Positions 1-9,079 of a stretch of DNA of 61,618 nt are shown in pieces; position 1 is the stretch's first letter, and each line of letters starts with the position of its first letter. Source of the stretch: a virus (lineage: Duplodnaviria > Caudoviricetes). The notes beneath the pieces are model-generated. The model saw only the letters and a program-made list of their open reading frames with translations. It was not told where the DNA came from and did no database searches. The DNA is taken from IMG/VR virus record IMGVR_UViG_3300002179_000003, positions 1 to 61,618 of that record. One strand, given 5' to 3'. Position numbers and translations under genes: made by a program.

Positions 1-92
1 TTCCGTTAAATCTTTTAGTTTCCATTTTTAAAATAGTTTTAAGTTATTTTTATTCTTATTTATTTTCGAAACTCGCTGTCTTTCAACTCCTG
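1..92. repeat. Terminal direct repeat, copy 1 (circular assembly overlap)
   Basis: Positions 1-92 are identical to 61527-61618. Confidence 0.95.
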
Positions 93-225
93 ACCAAAAT
101 AATATGGCACGAAAACTGTATTCCAAAAGTTGAACATGTCCGGCATTATAACGAAATTGCCGCTTCTTCCATCTTTTGATGATCCGGGCAATAAAGCGCT
201 TCTCGCTCAAGTAAAAGATTTTCAT
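28..225 (-). CDS. Hypothetical protein
   Basis: ORF overlapping the stop of the upstream gene in the minus-strand operon. Confidence 0.45.
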   Translation of the reverse strand: MKIFYLSEKRFIARIIKRWKKRQFRYNAGHVQLLEYSFRAILFWSGVERQRVSKINKNKNNLKLF

Positions 226-431
226 TTCAATTTACGTGTAGTTACAAACCAAAATCTGAAATCAATACCGAAAAAATGAAATATAAATTCACAATTTTCC
301 GGGTTGAACCACTTCGTACTAAATCCGAAATATACCCAACTGGAAGACCTTGAATAAAAAGGTCTTTTCCATCGGTTATTTACAACTAAACAGTCAAATT
401 TGTAGTTGTATTTTGTTTTTTTCATCTCCAA
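222..431 (-). CDS. Hypothetical protein
   Basis: Tightly coupled ORF in the minus-strand operon. Confidence 0.55.
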   Translation of the reverse strand: MEMKKTKYNYKFDCLVVNNRWKRPFYSRSSSWVYFGFSTKWFNPENCEFIFHFFGIDFRFWFVTTRKLK

Positions 432-1054
432 GGGTTTTTATCAATATTTCTTCGTCTTAATTCAGCATTGAGTAAGTCAAGATACTTTTTGCTTATTTCA
501 TTCAAGGTGTATTTATCGAGCTTAAAAGCATGTCGTTTCATCTGCTTTAGCTTATTAACGGTTCCGGTTCCATGAGTTGCTTCAATCCAGATAGCCATTT
601 GATCCATATTACCGCCATGGTCGTTTTCTTTTCTGGATTGTGGACCAACATTACAAAACTCAAAAGCAGTTGCAAAATTTGTACTATTTGCATCGAAAAC
701 CTTAATAAAATGACCAACGCAAATATTTGAATCCGTGATTTTATACCACAAAGTTGGATCGGTTGAACAGGCGACTTCCAAATCTTCATTCGAATAAAAA
801 AGTAAAACGTAATGCGAAAAGTTTAGCCACGCCGAAGTGTTATAAAATCTTTTGACATTAAGCCCTGTTTTCTTCGATTCACGGGCTTTTTCTAATCCAT
901 CCCTATCTTTGCGCACACCTTCCCTAATTACGCTTAAATTATAGGCAATTTCGCAATCCTGACAGCCCTTGAAATAAAGAGTAGTATTACCTGGCTTTTT
1001 CATTCGTTCGTTGCTACAGCCGACAGTTCGTTTACAAAGTGTTTGTTTTGCCAT
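422..1054 (-). CDS. NinG/Rap-like recombination endonuclease
   Basis: N-terminal Cys cluster (CQDC), a GHF motif, 'AFEFCNVGPQSRKEN..GGN' and a C-terminal helical tail resemble lambda NinG. Confidence 0.6.
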   Translation of the reverse strand: MAKQTLCKRTVGCSNERMKKPGNTTLYFKGCQDCEIAYNLSVIREGVRKDRDGLEKARESKKTGLNVKRFYNTSAWLNFSHYVLLFYSNEDLEVACSTDPTLWYKITDSNICVGHFIKVFDANSTNFATAFEFCNVGPQSRKENDHGGNMDQMAIWIEATHGTGTVNKLKQMKRHAFKLDKYTLNEISKKYLDLLNAELRRRNIDKNPWR

Positions 1055-1248
1055 CAGATAAGTTTTTTTTCAGGCCTCAAGATAGTATTTTCTTTGTCGA
1101 TAGTTACCATTACAGTGGTTTCCTGCTGCGAATACCAGAAAGCATACAGGTTCCGGCTCTTGTGGATAAACTCAAAGAATTCCGGCAGATCGGTAATGTC
1201 GATTATTACAGCCGATCCTTTTAATAGTTCTTTAATGATCTCATTCAT
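1054..1248 (-). CDS. Hypothetical protein
   Basis: Start and stop overlap both neighbours. Confidence 0.6.
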   Translation of the reverse strand: MNEIIKELLKGSAVIIDITDLPEFFEFIHKSRNLYAFWYSQQETTVMVTIDKENTILRPEKKLI

Positions 1249-1490
1249 ATATCGTACGATATAGGTTTTTCATGTCCGGGGCATCCATGCCCAAAATAAT
1301 CAAACCCTTCGCATGGTTCGCCAAAGGGTATTACCTTCCAGCCCTTAGCTTGACATTCTGCGAGGTATGCGCGAGCTTGCTTGTCTGATGATTGACTTCC
1401 ATCGTCGTTATCAAAGATAACTATTTTACGGTGTTTATGATTTCGCAAGCAACCTTCAATATTCATGCACATGTGGCGTATTACTTCCAT
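1245..1490 (-). CDS. Hypothetical Cys/His-containing phage protein
   Basis: Coupled ORF with C-terminal 'PCEGFDYFGHGCPGH'. Confidence 0.7.
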   Translation of the reverse strand: MEVIRHMCMNIEGCLRNHKHRKIVIFDNDDGSQSSDKQARAYLAECQAKGWKVIPFGEPCEGFDYFGHGCPGHEKPISYDI

Positions 1491-1495
1491 TTTGG

Positions 1496-1915
1496 TTAGT
1501 TTTTTAAAAATGATTCAATGAATATTTTGTGTAACTTTTTAAATTCAGCATCTGATTCAAGAAAGTTTGTGCATTTAACCCAACTCGCATAAGATGTTGC
1601 GTGGTCTTTTTTTCCAAATCTAAAACCAATTTCACTAAACGATCCAAGATTATTTTCTCTCGAAAGGTAATAACACAAACGTCTAGCCGTGACAATTTCA
1701 CCTTTTCTGCTTTTTTTATGAAGCTGTTCTTTTGTGAGTTTCATGTGATCCAATACTTTTTCTTCAATCAGATCAAACGTTATTTCGCCCGAAGGAATGA
1801 TAGATATTATTTCACAACTTCCAAGATTGAACATATTCAGGACGGTTTTAATCGCAAGTTCAAACTCTTCGTCGCTGTCTGAAGCTGGTGATTTAAACTC
1901 AACGGTTATTTTCAT
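1496..1915 (-). CDS. DnaA C-terminal (domain IV) HTH-like protein
   Basis: 'KSRKGEIVTARRLCYYLSRE..SFSEIGFRFGKKDHATS' closely follows the DnaA domain IV signature. Confidence 0.8.
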   Translation of the reverse strand: MKITVEFKSPASDSDEEFELAIKTVLNMFNLGSCEIISIIPSGEITFDLIEEKVLDHMKLTKEQLHKKSRKGEIVTARRLCYYLSRENNLGSFSEIGFRFGKKDHATSYASWVKCTNFLESDAEFKKLHKIFIESFLKN

Positions 1916-1923
1916 TTTGCCTA

Positions 1924-2109
1924 TTATAAATGATCTACCATTGTTTTAATCCAGTCAGTTCCGTTAAAGGTGTGTTTTCCTGATTCAAGATCAAAAATAC
2001 ATACCATAATATCAGAATTATATAGATTTTCATAATCAAACCAGTTCGTATAAAATGGCTGATTGTCTTTCGTGATTATTAGATATTTCATTGTTTTGTT
2101 TTTATCCAA
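1924..2109 (-). CDS. Hypothetical protein
   Basis: ORF in operon. Confidence 0.6.
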   Translation of the reverse strand: MDKNKTMKYLIITKDNQPFYTNWFDYENLYNSDIMVCIFDLESGKHTFNGTDWIKTMVDHL

Positions 2110-2378
2110 ATTTCAAACAATTCATCAATTGAGTATTGTACTTCAGTTCTATTGGAACTGCTAGAAAACCAATCTTTAAAATCTAGCCAGTATCTAAGGT
2201 CATCATGATCATTTATTGGCACATAGTTTCTAGCACACCAAGTTGTAAATTCCACGAATAACGGGAGTGTTATTTTTTCTGAATATATTACCCCGGCAAG
2301 GAATGCAGATCGGTTCCCGGCTCCTAAAAATAATTCCTTTGCCTTTTGATCTATTTCTTGTTTGTTAAATAGTTTCAT
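2088..2378 (-). CDS. Hypothetical protein
   Basis: ORF in operon with ATGA overlap. Confidence 0.65.
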   Translation of the reverse strand: MKLFNKQEIDQKAKELFLGAGNRSAFLAGVIYSEKITLPLFVEFTTWCARNYVPINDHDDLRYWLDFKDWFSSSSNRTEVQYSIDELFEIWIKTKQ

Positions 2379-2851
2379 GGTTTTTGGGTTTTAATTTGTT
2401 TTTCTACCTGCTTGTTCTTTTTCTTATAGTCAGGATCAGCTTCAGTAATGAAATAATCAAGATACTCGGCACAGAAATTCCGTATCTGATCACAATACGC
2501 CATTTCGTCAATTGTTTTAAATTTAGACTTACTGATTGGAAGTGTGATAATTTCGCCGGTGTCACGGTTAACGATCTTTTTATTGGCAAAATGTCCTTTC
2601 CAATAAGTATCAGCTTCCTCTACTGTTTTTACATCTTCTTCGCCGGATTGAATGAGTGCAATAATTGAATGAGGGTAAACAACCCCGTACAAGTACCCAA
2701 ATTGTAGATTTGATGCCTTATTGTAATTCTTTTCAAGTGTCAGCTTATACTTACCGTCAGGCAGTTCAGAAACGCTATTCTCAAATGAAAATTTATTTTG
2801 TAATTTCAGCTTTCCTAATTTTACCTCACATATTGCATTTATCTTTTTCAT
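2375..2851 (-). CDS. Hypothetical protein, possibly NinB/YbcN-like
   Basis: 'SNLQFGYLYGVVY' and 'SKSKFKTIDEMAYCDQIRNFCAE' resemble NinB-like proteins; lies in the recombination module. Confidence 0.5.
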   Translation of the reverse strand: MKKINAICEVKLGKLKLQNKFSFENSVSELPDGKYKLTLEKNYNKASNLQFGYLYGVVYPHSIIALIQSGEEDVKTVEEADTYWKGHFANKKIVNRDTGEIITLPISKSKFKTIDEMAYCDQIRNFCAEYLDYFITEADPDYKKKNKQVEKQIKTQKP

Positions 2852-2875
2852 CTGAGAATAGTTTAATTTGAAATT

Positions 2876-4000
2876 TTAGATTGAAATGATTTGACTTTGA
2901 GCCCAAACCTTAAATGCCTCAAATTTAGCCTTAATCACATTTGCAACGGCAATAGAAGTAGCATCGTTTAACTCAGGAATGACAATTGAAATTGATTCAA
3001 CCATCTTAATCAGCTTCTCTTTGTCTGGTGCAGATTTTGCTTTCTTTTCGGCTGCAATTCGTTCAGCTTCTTTTTTGTCGGCATCTGCTTTTAACATACG
3101 TTCCGCTGATTCTTTGGCAGCAATTTTAGCTGCTAAAATATTGCGTTCTGATTCGGCTATTTCTTTTTCAATTCTCGCCTGTTTTTCAATTGCGTCCTGT
3201 TTTGCTTTCGCTTCGGCTCTTTCCTTTGCCAAAATAGCGGCCTGTTTTTCGGCCTCAATTTGTGCCTTTTCATCAGCATCAGCTTTTTGTTTTGCAAGCA
3301 AATCAGATTGTCGTTTGCGTTCTGATTCGATTTCCTTTTCTTTAGCAATTGCATCGGCTTTCAGTTTTCCATTTTCTTTCCTGATCCGTTCATCCTCAAT
3401 TGCTTTCAGTCTGGCGGTTTCTTTTCCAACTTCAATCAATCTCAAACTTTCGGCTTCGGCTTCCCGATCTGCCTGTAATTTCACATCGTAGGCCACCTTG
3501 GCGCCGGTTTTATAGTTTTGATAGACGGCCTCGTCCATCATGCCCAAACCGGAAGGAATAAACGCAAAATCCATAAAAGGTGAAAGTTCATTAACCCTAC
3601 TATCCTGTAATTCCTGAATACGTTTCTTTTCGGCAAATTCACGGGCTTTTTCGACATTTAAAAAAACATCCTCGGTAAGTTTACATGAAGCGGTAATAAG
3701 ATTACAGGCAGCTTGTTCTAAATTACCTTTCAATAAATGAATACGCTTTCTTGAATCTTTTAGATCACTGGCTCCGGTTCTTACTTTTACAGTGGCCTTC
3801 CTGAGTGTTGAGGCAATTTCTTCATCCAATCTAGTTGGGTTCTCGAAATTGATTTTTGCGGATTGTGCCTGAATGTCGGACAGCTGATTTAGAAACGGAA
3901 GGTATGAACCTTTAATTTCTTCACCTTCGATAATCTGCAATCCTGATTGTTTGATTGCGTTGTCAAGTTCTGACGGGTCAACTTTTACTAATTCGTTCAT
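2876..4000 (-). CDS. Coiled-coil protein (K/E/A-rich)
   Basis: 374 aa with a long charged helical region, next to recombination genes. Confidence 0.75.
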   Translation of the reverse strand: MNELVKVDPSELDNAIKQSGLQIIEGEEIKGSYLPFLNQLSDIQAQSAKINFENPTRLDEEIASTLRKATVKVRTGASDLKDSRKRIHLLKGNLEQAACNLITASCKLTEDVFLNVEKAREFAEKKRIQELQDSRVNELSPFMDFAFIPSGLGMMDEAVYQNYKTGAKVAYDVKLQADREAEAESLRLIEVGKETARLKAIEDERIRKENGKLKADAIAKEKEIESERKRQSDLLAKQKADADEKAQIEAEKQAAILAKERAEAKAKQDAIEKQARIEKEIAESERNILAAKIAAKESAERMLKADADKKEAERIAAEKKAKSAPDKEKLIKMVESISIVIPELNDATSIAVANVIKAKFEAFKVWAQSQIISI

Positions 4001-4040
4001 GATTTTGATTTGTTTTAAGTGTTAACTATTTTGATCTGAT

Positions 4041-4826
4041 TTAAACTTCAATGAAACCACCGTTGAAAAATTCATAGGAGGCATTAAACTTATCTTCCTC
4101 GGCACATCTTCTAAATTCGTCTAATGCAATTCCAAACTTTCCAAATCCGTTCTGAATGGTAGTTTCATTTAGTTTTACAACGGTTACAGAACATGAATTA
4201 TCAATAAAGATCAGATAATACCTTTTAATCCGATTTGAAGCACAATATATTCCGGCTTGCATGTCGTACATCATATCTTCGATAATCCAGCGGACTTTTT
4301 TAAACGAAGCATCAGCTACCTTTTTTAGATCAATAATATAGTCAGAACCCTTGCCGTCAATTTTACCCTTTACTTTAAATCCAGAATGTTCAAATTCAAA
4401 ATCAAGTTCTTTTTCTATTAATCCATTCATCAAGTGTTTTGAAGCATCGTTTTGATGCAAATAAGCTCCCATTGATAAATAAAGGTCATAGTCGTCCTTA
4501 CTAATCCGATCCTTGCCAATATTTAGTGCATCCTGTTCAGAAACCCATTCTTTGTATAATTTTGTAGCTCGTGGGTTTCCTCCTCCGATTTCCATCACCT
4601 TTACAGAATCATCCAGCACCCAATAAGTATCAATAAATTTCATTGGTTCTAAAATTGCCATGTGAAATAATTTTCCGGCCTCCATCGCATTGGTTGTTTT
4701 TTTGTCTGTCTTATAAGTGTAAAAGTGCTTAGGTGACTGCATAAAGGCTTTTAAAGCTGAGAATGAAAGGTGTTTTTCGCCGTTCATAATTTGCTCTATT
4801 TCTTTGTTGAATTCTTCGTTTTGCAT
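4041..4826 (-). CDS. RecE/exonuclease VIII-like PD-(D/E)XK nuclease
   Basis: 'LSFSALK..SPKHF', 'GKLFHMAILEP', 'KGKID..IIDLK', 'YDMQAGIY'. Confidence 0.8.
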   Translation of the reverse strand: MQNEEFNKEIEQIMNGEKHLSFSALKAFMQSPKHFYTYKTDKKTTNAMEAGKLFHMAILEPMKFIDTYWVLDDSVKVMEIGGGNPRATKLYKEWVSEQDALNIGKDRISKDDYDLYLSMGAYLHQNDASKHLMNGLIEKELDFEFEHSGFKVKGKIDGKGSDYIIDLKKVADASFKKVRWIIEDMMYDMQAGIYCASNRIKRYYLIFIDNSCSVTVVKLNETTIQNGFGKFGIALDEFRRCAEEDKFNASYEFFNGGFIEV

Positions 4827-4934
4827 GGATTTATTTTAATATGGTTATTTACTTCTGATTCAATAATTCGCTTTTGATCATCTGAATATTCTTTTGCCCG
4901 AATATCTATGAATAAGTTTTTGGAGGCTGGCATG

Positions 4935-5591
4935 TTAATTGGTTTTAGGTGACAAGCGTTTTTTTGCTGCATTTACTGAATCAATGAAAATCTGAACCTT
5001 TTGAAGTTCTTTTGTTTCTTCCCATATTTTTTTCAATACGTCCAATGATTCAACTGTTTCAACCGTGGCGATCGCCTGAACTAATAGCTTTTCGATTTCG
5101 GGAGAAAGTGCGGGCGGTGTTGGTTTTGTTGGAGCGGGTGCTGTTGGCTGAACCGGCGCAGCATCGTACTTGGTTCTATCTTTCTCAAAATAAACATCTG
5201 CACCCATGCCCAACGCCTTGCAAGATACCGAAATTGCATCAGTTAGTGCCATCTTGAAACATTCATCCGAAGTATAAAGACCGTTCTTTTCTGCTGCAAT
5301 AAATGAACTTCCTCCGGTTCCGGGTATTGCTTCACTCCAAATACTTTCTTGTTTGATGAAAAGATCAATGTTTACGAAAGCGGCCTTTTCTTCCTTGCCC
5401 CCAATTTCAATCCATTGTTTAGTTATGATATACTTCCATCCAAATCCACAAATTCCAAACTCTTCTGTGAGTTTCTTAATTCTCCACATCGGATTAATAT
5501 CCGACATTCCAACCAATCGACCTCCCATTATTTTTTTCTTGGCCTCTTCCGGTACTGTTTTGAGAGTTTCATACAATTTTAGATTTTCCAT
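4935..5591 (-). CDS. Rad52/Sak-like single-strand annealing protein
   Basis: 'DINPMWRIKKLTEEFGICGFGW' and 'DECFKMALTDAISVSCKALGMGADVY'; adjacent to the exonuclease. Confidence 0.75.
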   Translation of the reverse strand: MENLKLYETLKTVPEEAKKKIMGGRLVGMSDINPMWRIKKLTEEFGICGFGWKYIITKQWIEIGGKEEKAAFVNIDLFIKQESIWSEAIPGTGGSSFIAAEKNGLYTSDECFKMALTDAISVSCKALGMGADVYFEKDRTKYDAAPVQPTAPAPTKPTPPALSPEIEKLLVQAIATVETVESLDVLKKIWEETKELQKVQIFIDSVNAAKKRLSPKTN

Positions 5592-5605
5592 GATTTTTGT
5601 TTGTT

Positions 5606-5947
5606 TTAGATGTGATAACTTAATTCGTTGTACTGTGTTTGAAAATTGGCAATCAAAGCCTTATTGATTGAATCTTCAAATTCATAATTGAGATTGGTTT
5701 TTACTTTATTGAATCCGTTTGTTTCAATTACCTGAACGTCTGTTGATGCGTGGCGGGAAGGTTTGCTTCCGTGAAAATCATCGTCAAGTAAAACTTTTGC
5801 GAAAACACTCAGGTTGTCGTTAAATTTTATAACAAACTCATGTCCGGTCTTTTCGTGACACTTATCTTCGATTTCAGCATTACCAACAAGCTGATTTACC
5901 AGTTTGTTTTTATCTTCTTTGGAAAATTTTACTTCAATTGTTTGCAT
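5606..5947 (-). CDS. Hypothetical protein
   Basis: ORF in early operon. Confidence 0.65.
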   Translation of the reverse strand: MQTIEVKFSKEDKNKLVNQLVGNAEIEDKCHEKTGHEFVIKFNDNLSVFAKVLLDDDFHGSKPSRHASTDVQVIETNGFNKVKTNLNYEFEDSINKALIANFQTQYNELSYHI

Positions 5948-5950
5948 GGT

Positions 5951-6340
5951 TTAGTTTTTTAATGCCATTCTTTTTAGTGATAAAAACGCAACGTTCATTT
6001 TCAATACACCTGCCTCACATTCGTAATTACACTTTTCAAGTTGATCAACAATCTTTTGAAGCGTATCGTATTTGTCCATTTCAATTTCAGATTGAGTTTT
6101 TGGAATTACGATTGGTTTCGGTGTGGCAAGGAAAAACAGTTTTCCTTTTGAACTTCCTTCAACACTATCCCTTTTGAACCCGTACTTATCCCCCAATTCT
6201 TTCCAATAAGCATTTACTGCATCGGTTAGATTATGTGAGAAGTCAACACCACCAACCATCATCACAGTATTGCTATTGTGTTTATTGATGTCTAAAATAA
6301 AATCCATTTCGGATTGTTTCATTTCAAATTCTTGTTTCAT
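5951..6340 (-). CDS. Hypothetical protein
   Basis: ORF in early operon. Confidence 0.7.
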   Translation of the reverse strand: MKQEFEMKQSEMDFILDINKHNSNTVMMVGGVDFSHNLTDAVNAYWKELGDKYGFKRDSVEGSSKGKLFFLATPKPIVIPKTQSEIEMDKYDTLQKIVDQLEKCNYECEAGVLKMNVAFLSLKRMALKN

Positions 6341-6345
6341 CTTAT

Positions 6346-6552
6346 TTAGTTTTTATAGCTTGTAAACGCTCGCTTCTCATTTTTCAATCGAGTAACGATT
6401 TTGTTAAATTTTGCATCGGTAGTCGGGTAATATACTGCCTTCAATAAAGTATCTTTTACCCAACGGTTACCTAGTACGGGTGAAGCAGTGGGATTGTGCG
6501 AACCGTCACGTTTTGCTGGCCGTCTCCGGCGTTTAGTTTTAATTTCAGTCAT
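6346..6552 (-). CDS. Small basic hypothetical protein
   Basis: ORF in early operon. Confidence 0.55.
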   Translation of the reverse strand: MTEIKTKRRRRPAKRDGSHNPTASPVLGNRWVKDTLLKAVYYPTTDAKFNKIVTRLKNEKRAFTSYKN

Positions 6553-6554
6553 GA

Positions 6555-6839
6555 TTAAAATATTACCTCATCATTCAATCGTTGAATCAACTTCAAATAA
6601 TCCTCATTGAGCTGCTTATATTGCTCAACTCCAAGTTTATCAAACCTATTTTGACTGATCATCTTTGACGTATAAGAAGGAATAATCTTGTCAACAGGTT
6701 CAGAAACTTGTTCTGGGTGGGTCTGGTCATATCGAACCCTTGAATTTGATTCATCTGGTTTGTCGCTTATTTTAAAGGTTAATGCCCGATATATAGCGAT
6801 AACTACTATAATGCAGAATAAAATTTCATACCAGTTCAT
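6555..6839 (-). CDS. Membrane-anchored hypothetical protein
   Basis: N-terminal hydrophobic helix. Confidence 0.6.
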   Translation of the reverse strand: MNWYEILFCIIVVIAIYRALTFKISDKPDESNSRVRYDQTHPEQVSEPVDKIIPSYTSKMISQNRFDKLGVEQYKQLNEDYLKLIQRLNDEVIF

Positions 6840-6954
6840 TTGATTGATTTTAAAAGGTTATCAATGATTGATTCGCCGGACATTGCCAGCAATAGAACGA
6901 ATATGGCAACTACCAATATTCCGACGTACTTTAGGGCTTTTTTAGTTTCAGGGT

Positions 6955-7212
6955 TCATAAGTTTTTATTTTGTGGTTCAATCAACTCAACCACTGCTGCC
7001 ATAAACATCATTTGAGCCATTCCGCTTTCTTGGTATGTATGTGTTTGGCTAATTTTAAGCAGGGCGGGTATCTCTTCCAAATTATTTGCTTTCATTACCT
7101 CTTTAATAATATGTGTATAAGGTTCTAATTTGATTTTATACTCTTCTCTGAAAAATGATTTTGCAGTATCTCTATATTTGTAAAGTTTTGCTGCCATTTG
7201 TACTTGATTCAT
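6955..7212 (-). CDS. Hypothetical protein, first gene of leftward early operon
   Basis: ORF just downstream of a minus-strand TAnnTTTG promoter. Confidence 0.7.
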   Translation of the reverse strand: MNQVQMAAKLYKYRDTAKSFFREEYKIKLEPYTHIIKEVMKANNLEEIPALLKISQTHTYQESGMAQMMFMAAVVELIEPQNKNL

Positions 7213-7247
7213 AGATTAAAAAGTTTTTAATTGACATTTGAATACCC

Positions 7248-7255
7248 CAAAGATA
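7248..7255 (-). promoter_or_regulatory. Bacteroidota sigma-A -7 box (TATCTTTG), leftward
   Basis: Matches TAnnTTTG in the divergent intergenic region. Confidence 0.6.
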
Positions 7256-7315
7256 AATCATATTTCAATACAAAATACATTTTATCGAAAAAAAGTTTAT
7301 AAATTTTTTTAATAG

Positions 7316-7345
7316 TTTGTTATTAATGAAATATTGTTATATTTG
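7316..7345 (+). promoter_or_regulatory. Bacteroidota promoter (TTTG -33; TATATTTG -7) driving the rightward operon and cassette array
   Basis: TTTG 7316-7319, 18-nt spacer, TATATTTG 7338-7345. Confidence 0.65.
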
Positions 7346-7368
7346 TAGCGAATTTAAACTTTAAAATA

Positions 7369-7596
7369 ATGGAAGAAAGTAAAATTAATATCCCCGAAGA
7401 TTTACAACAGATTTGTAGGGATTTTGCAGAAGTCGCGATTAAGCACAATTTATATCGTATGTCTGGAAATTTTCAGCATAGGACTAATTGGGGTGGTGAA
7501 ATAAGTTTCACATGGACAAGTGGTAGGCATGAAGCAGAACAAAACGAACTAAATATTAGTACTCAACTATTTGTAAACACGAAAGTTAAACTTTAA
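7369..7596 (+). CDS. Hypothetical protein
   Basis: First ORF after the promoter. Confidence 0.7.
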   Translation: MEESKINIPEDLQQICRDFAEVAIKHNLYRMSGNFQHRTNWGGEISFTWTSGRHEAEQNELNISTQLFVNTKVKL

Positions 7597-7601
7597 ATAA
7601 A

Positions 7602-7826
7602 ATGGCAAAAAAGCAAAATAAAGAAACACAGAATTCGCCGAAAGAAGAAATGATGGTTAATAAACTTCGTAGCCTTAACGAAATAGGTGATTCAGTTGAG
7701 GTAGAGGGTTACAAAGAGTCTTTTCGCCAGACAATAGCAAAAGTAAAAAAGGAAAAGGGCTGGAAATTTTCGATTCAAATAAAGAACGAAAAGAAGGTAA
7801 CGGCGGTTATTAAAAGAGAAAGTTAA
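7602..7826 (+). CDS. Small basic putative DNA-binding protein
   Basis: Lys-rich, 'LNEIGDSVEV..FRQTIAK..WKFSIQ'. Confidence 0.55.
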   Translation: MAKKQNKETQNSPKEEMMVNKLRSLNEIGDSVEVEGYKESFRQTIAKVKKEKGWKFSIQIKNEKKVTAVIKRES

Positions 7827-7846
7827 ACAATTATTTAAACAACAAG

Positions 7847-7894
7847 AACCCAACGCTGCCCCAATTGCGGGTAGTTGGGGTTATAAACAGTATT
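7847..7894 (+). repeat. Array-proximal recombination site (right half only; attI-like position)
   Basis: 7850-7883 aligns 24/34 with 8231-8264 (core ATTGCGGGTAG..TG..GTTA). GTTATAAACAGTATT 7880-7894 is the inverted complement (14/15) of 8156-8170. Confidence 0.6.
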
Positions 7895-7899
7895 TAATC

Positions 7900-8157
7900 A
7901 TGTCAAAACAAAAATTTACATACACGTTTAAGTTGTCAATTACAAAGAAGGAAATAAGAAAATTCGGACATTTCAATTGGCCAGAATTAATAATGAATGA
8001 TAAAATTGATCAAGCTGTTTACCAAGCAGCTTGTGGTGTTATATCGAGAGGTGAGGCGGGTCCAAGTTTTGATACTTGTGTCATTTTTGAACTTGTAAAC
8101 TCAAAAGCAATAACGCTTAATGATTATGGGAGAAGATTCATTAAGCTATTAACTTAA
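7900..8157 (+). CDS. Cassette 1 gene, hypothetical protein
   Basis: 85-aa ORF whose stop overlaps the cassette-end inverted repeat. Confidence 0.7.
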   Translation: MSKQKFTYTFKLSITKKEIRKFGHFNWPELIMNDKIDQAVYQAACGVISRGEAGPSFDTCVIFELVNSKAITLNDYGRRFIKLLT

Positions 8158-8276
8158 TATTGTTTATAACGTCCCGCAAATAAACTGTCAAATTAGTAGA
8201 ATGAAAATAGATACAGATACACTACGAGAACCGACTAAACCGCTATTGCGGGTAGCTGATGTTAGCGGTCTGCCCT
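8156..8276 (+). repeat. attC-like site between cassettes 1 and 2
   Basis: TAAC 8167-8170 to GTTA 8261-8264 (98 bp); CCCGCAA/TTGCGGG inverted arms. Confidence 0.7.
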
Positions 8277-9079
8277 TTATTGTCGCTTGGTGGTCTGCCG
8301 GAATTACGTCAGCGATTGCCTGTAAAATGGCTTTAGAGCTTTACGAAAATGTCGAACTTTATTATATCCACATTGGAACAGCACACCCCGATAACGAACG
8401 ATTTAAAACCGATTGTGAAAAATGGTATAGAAGGGAAATTAAGACCTTGCAAAGCCGTGATTTTAAAGACCAATTTGATGTGATTGAAAAAACTGGTGCA
8501 GTTAATACACCAGTTGGCGCACCTTGCACACTGAATTTAAAAAAGAATGTTCGATTTGACTTTGAACGATTGAACGAATTGAGCCTATTTAATACCCGAA
8601 CAATTGCCGGGCAAGTTTGGGGATATGAGTTTGAAAAACATGAAGTAAATCGGGCAATTCGCCACCAGCAACAGTATAAAAGCACAAAGCCGTTATTTCC
8701 ATTGATTGAAAAAGGAATAACCAAAAATATGTGTGCAGGATTGTTGATTGAAGCCGGAATTGAATTGCCAGAAATGTACAAACTTGGATATTCAAATAAC
8801 AATTGTATTGGCTGTGTAAAAGGCGGCAAAGGTTATTGGAATAAAATTCGAGTTGATTTTGAACCTACTTTTAAACGCATGGCTGAACTTGAAAGGAAAG
8901 TTGGCTATTCGTGCATTAATGGATTGTTTCTCGATGAATTAAAGCCGGAACAGGGCAATATGAAAAAGGAAATAACTCCTAATTGTGGAAATATTTGTGA
9001 TGTTGATTTCGCTGATATTCCCGATAAGAATTTAGAGTCAATCCTGTCTGGCCGTAAAAGTATCTACGAAGCTGCTTAG
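8201..9079 (+). CDS. Cassette 2 gene, PAPS-reductase-like (adenine nucleotide alpha-hydrolase) protein
   Basis: PP-loop-like 'WWSAGITSAIAC', 'HPDNERF', 'APCTLNLKK', 'GYSNNNCIGCVKGGKGYW' and a C-terminal CxxxC. Confidence 0.75.
   Translation: MKIDTDTLREPTKPLLRVADVSGLPFIVAWWSAGITSAIACKMALELYENVELYYIHIGTAHPDNERFKTDCEKWYRREIKTLQSRDFKDQFDVIEKTGAVNTPVGAPCTLNLKKNVRFDFERLNELSLFNTRTIAGQVWGYEFEKHEVNRAIRHQQQYKSTKPLFPLIEKGITKNMCAGLLIEAGIELPEMYKLGYSNNNCIGCVKGGKGYWNKIRVDFEPTFKRMAELERKVGYSCINGLFLDELKPEQGNMKKEITPNCGNICDVDFADIPDKNLESILSGRKSIYEAA

Noticed and set aside
1-92. Biological terminal repeat or att site
   Set aside because: It falls mid-operon and is most simply an assembly overlap of a circular or permuted genome; reads are needed to decide.
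2979-3491. 170-aa plus-strand ORF, and similar antisense ORFs (e.g. 57046-57645 and those inside 34807-49689)
   Set aside because: Shadow frames of low-complexity or long genes on the opposite strand, with no motifs or initiation context.
7798-7809. TAACGGCGGTTA as an additional attC-like site
   Set aside because: Only 4 nt between the cores, inside a CDS, and without the conserved arms.
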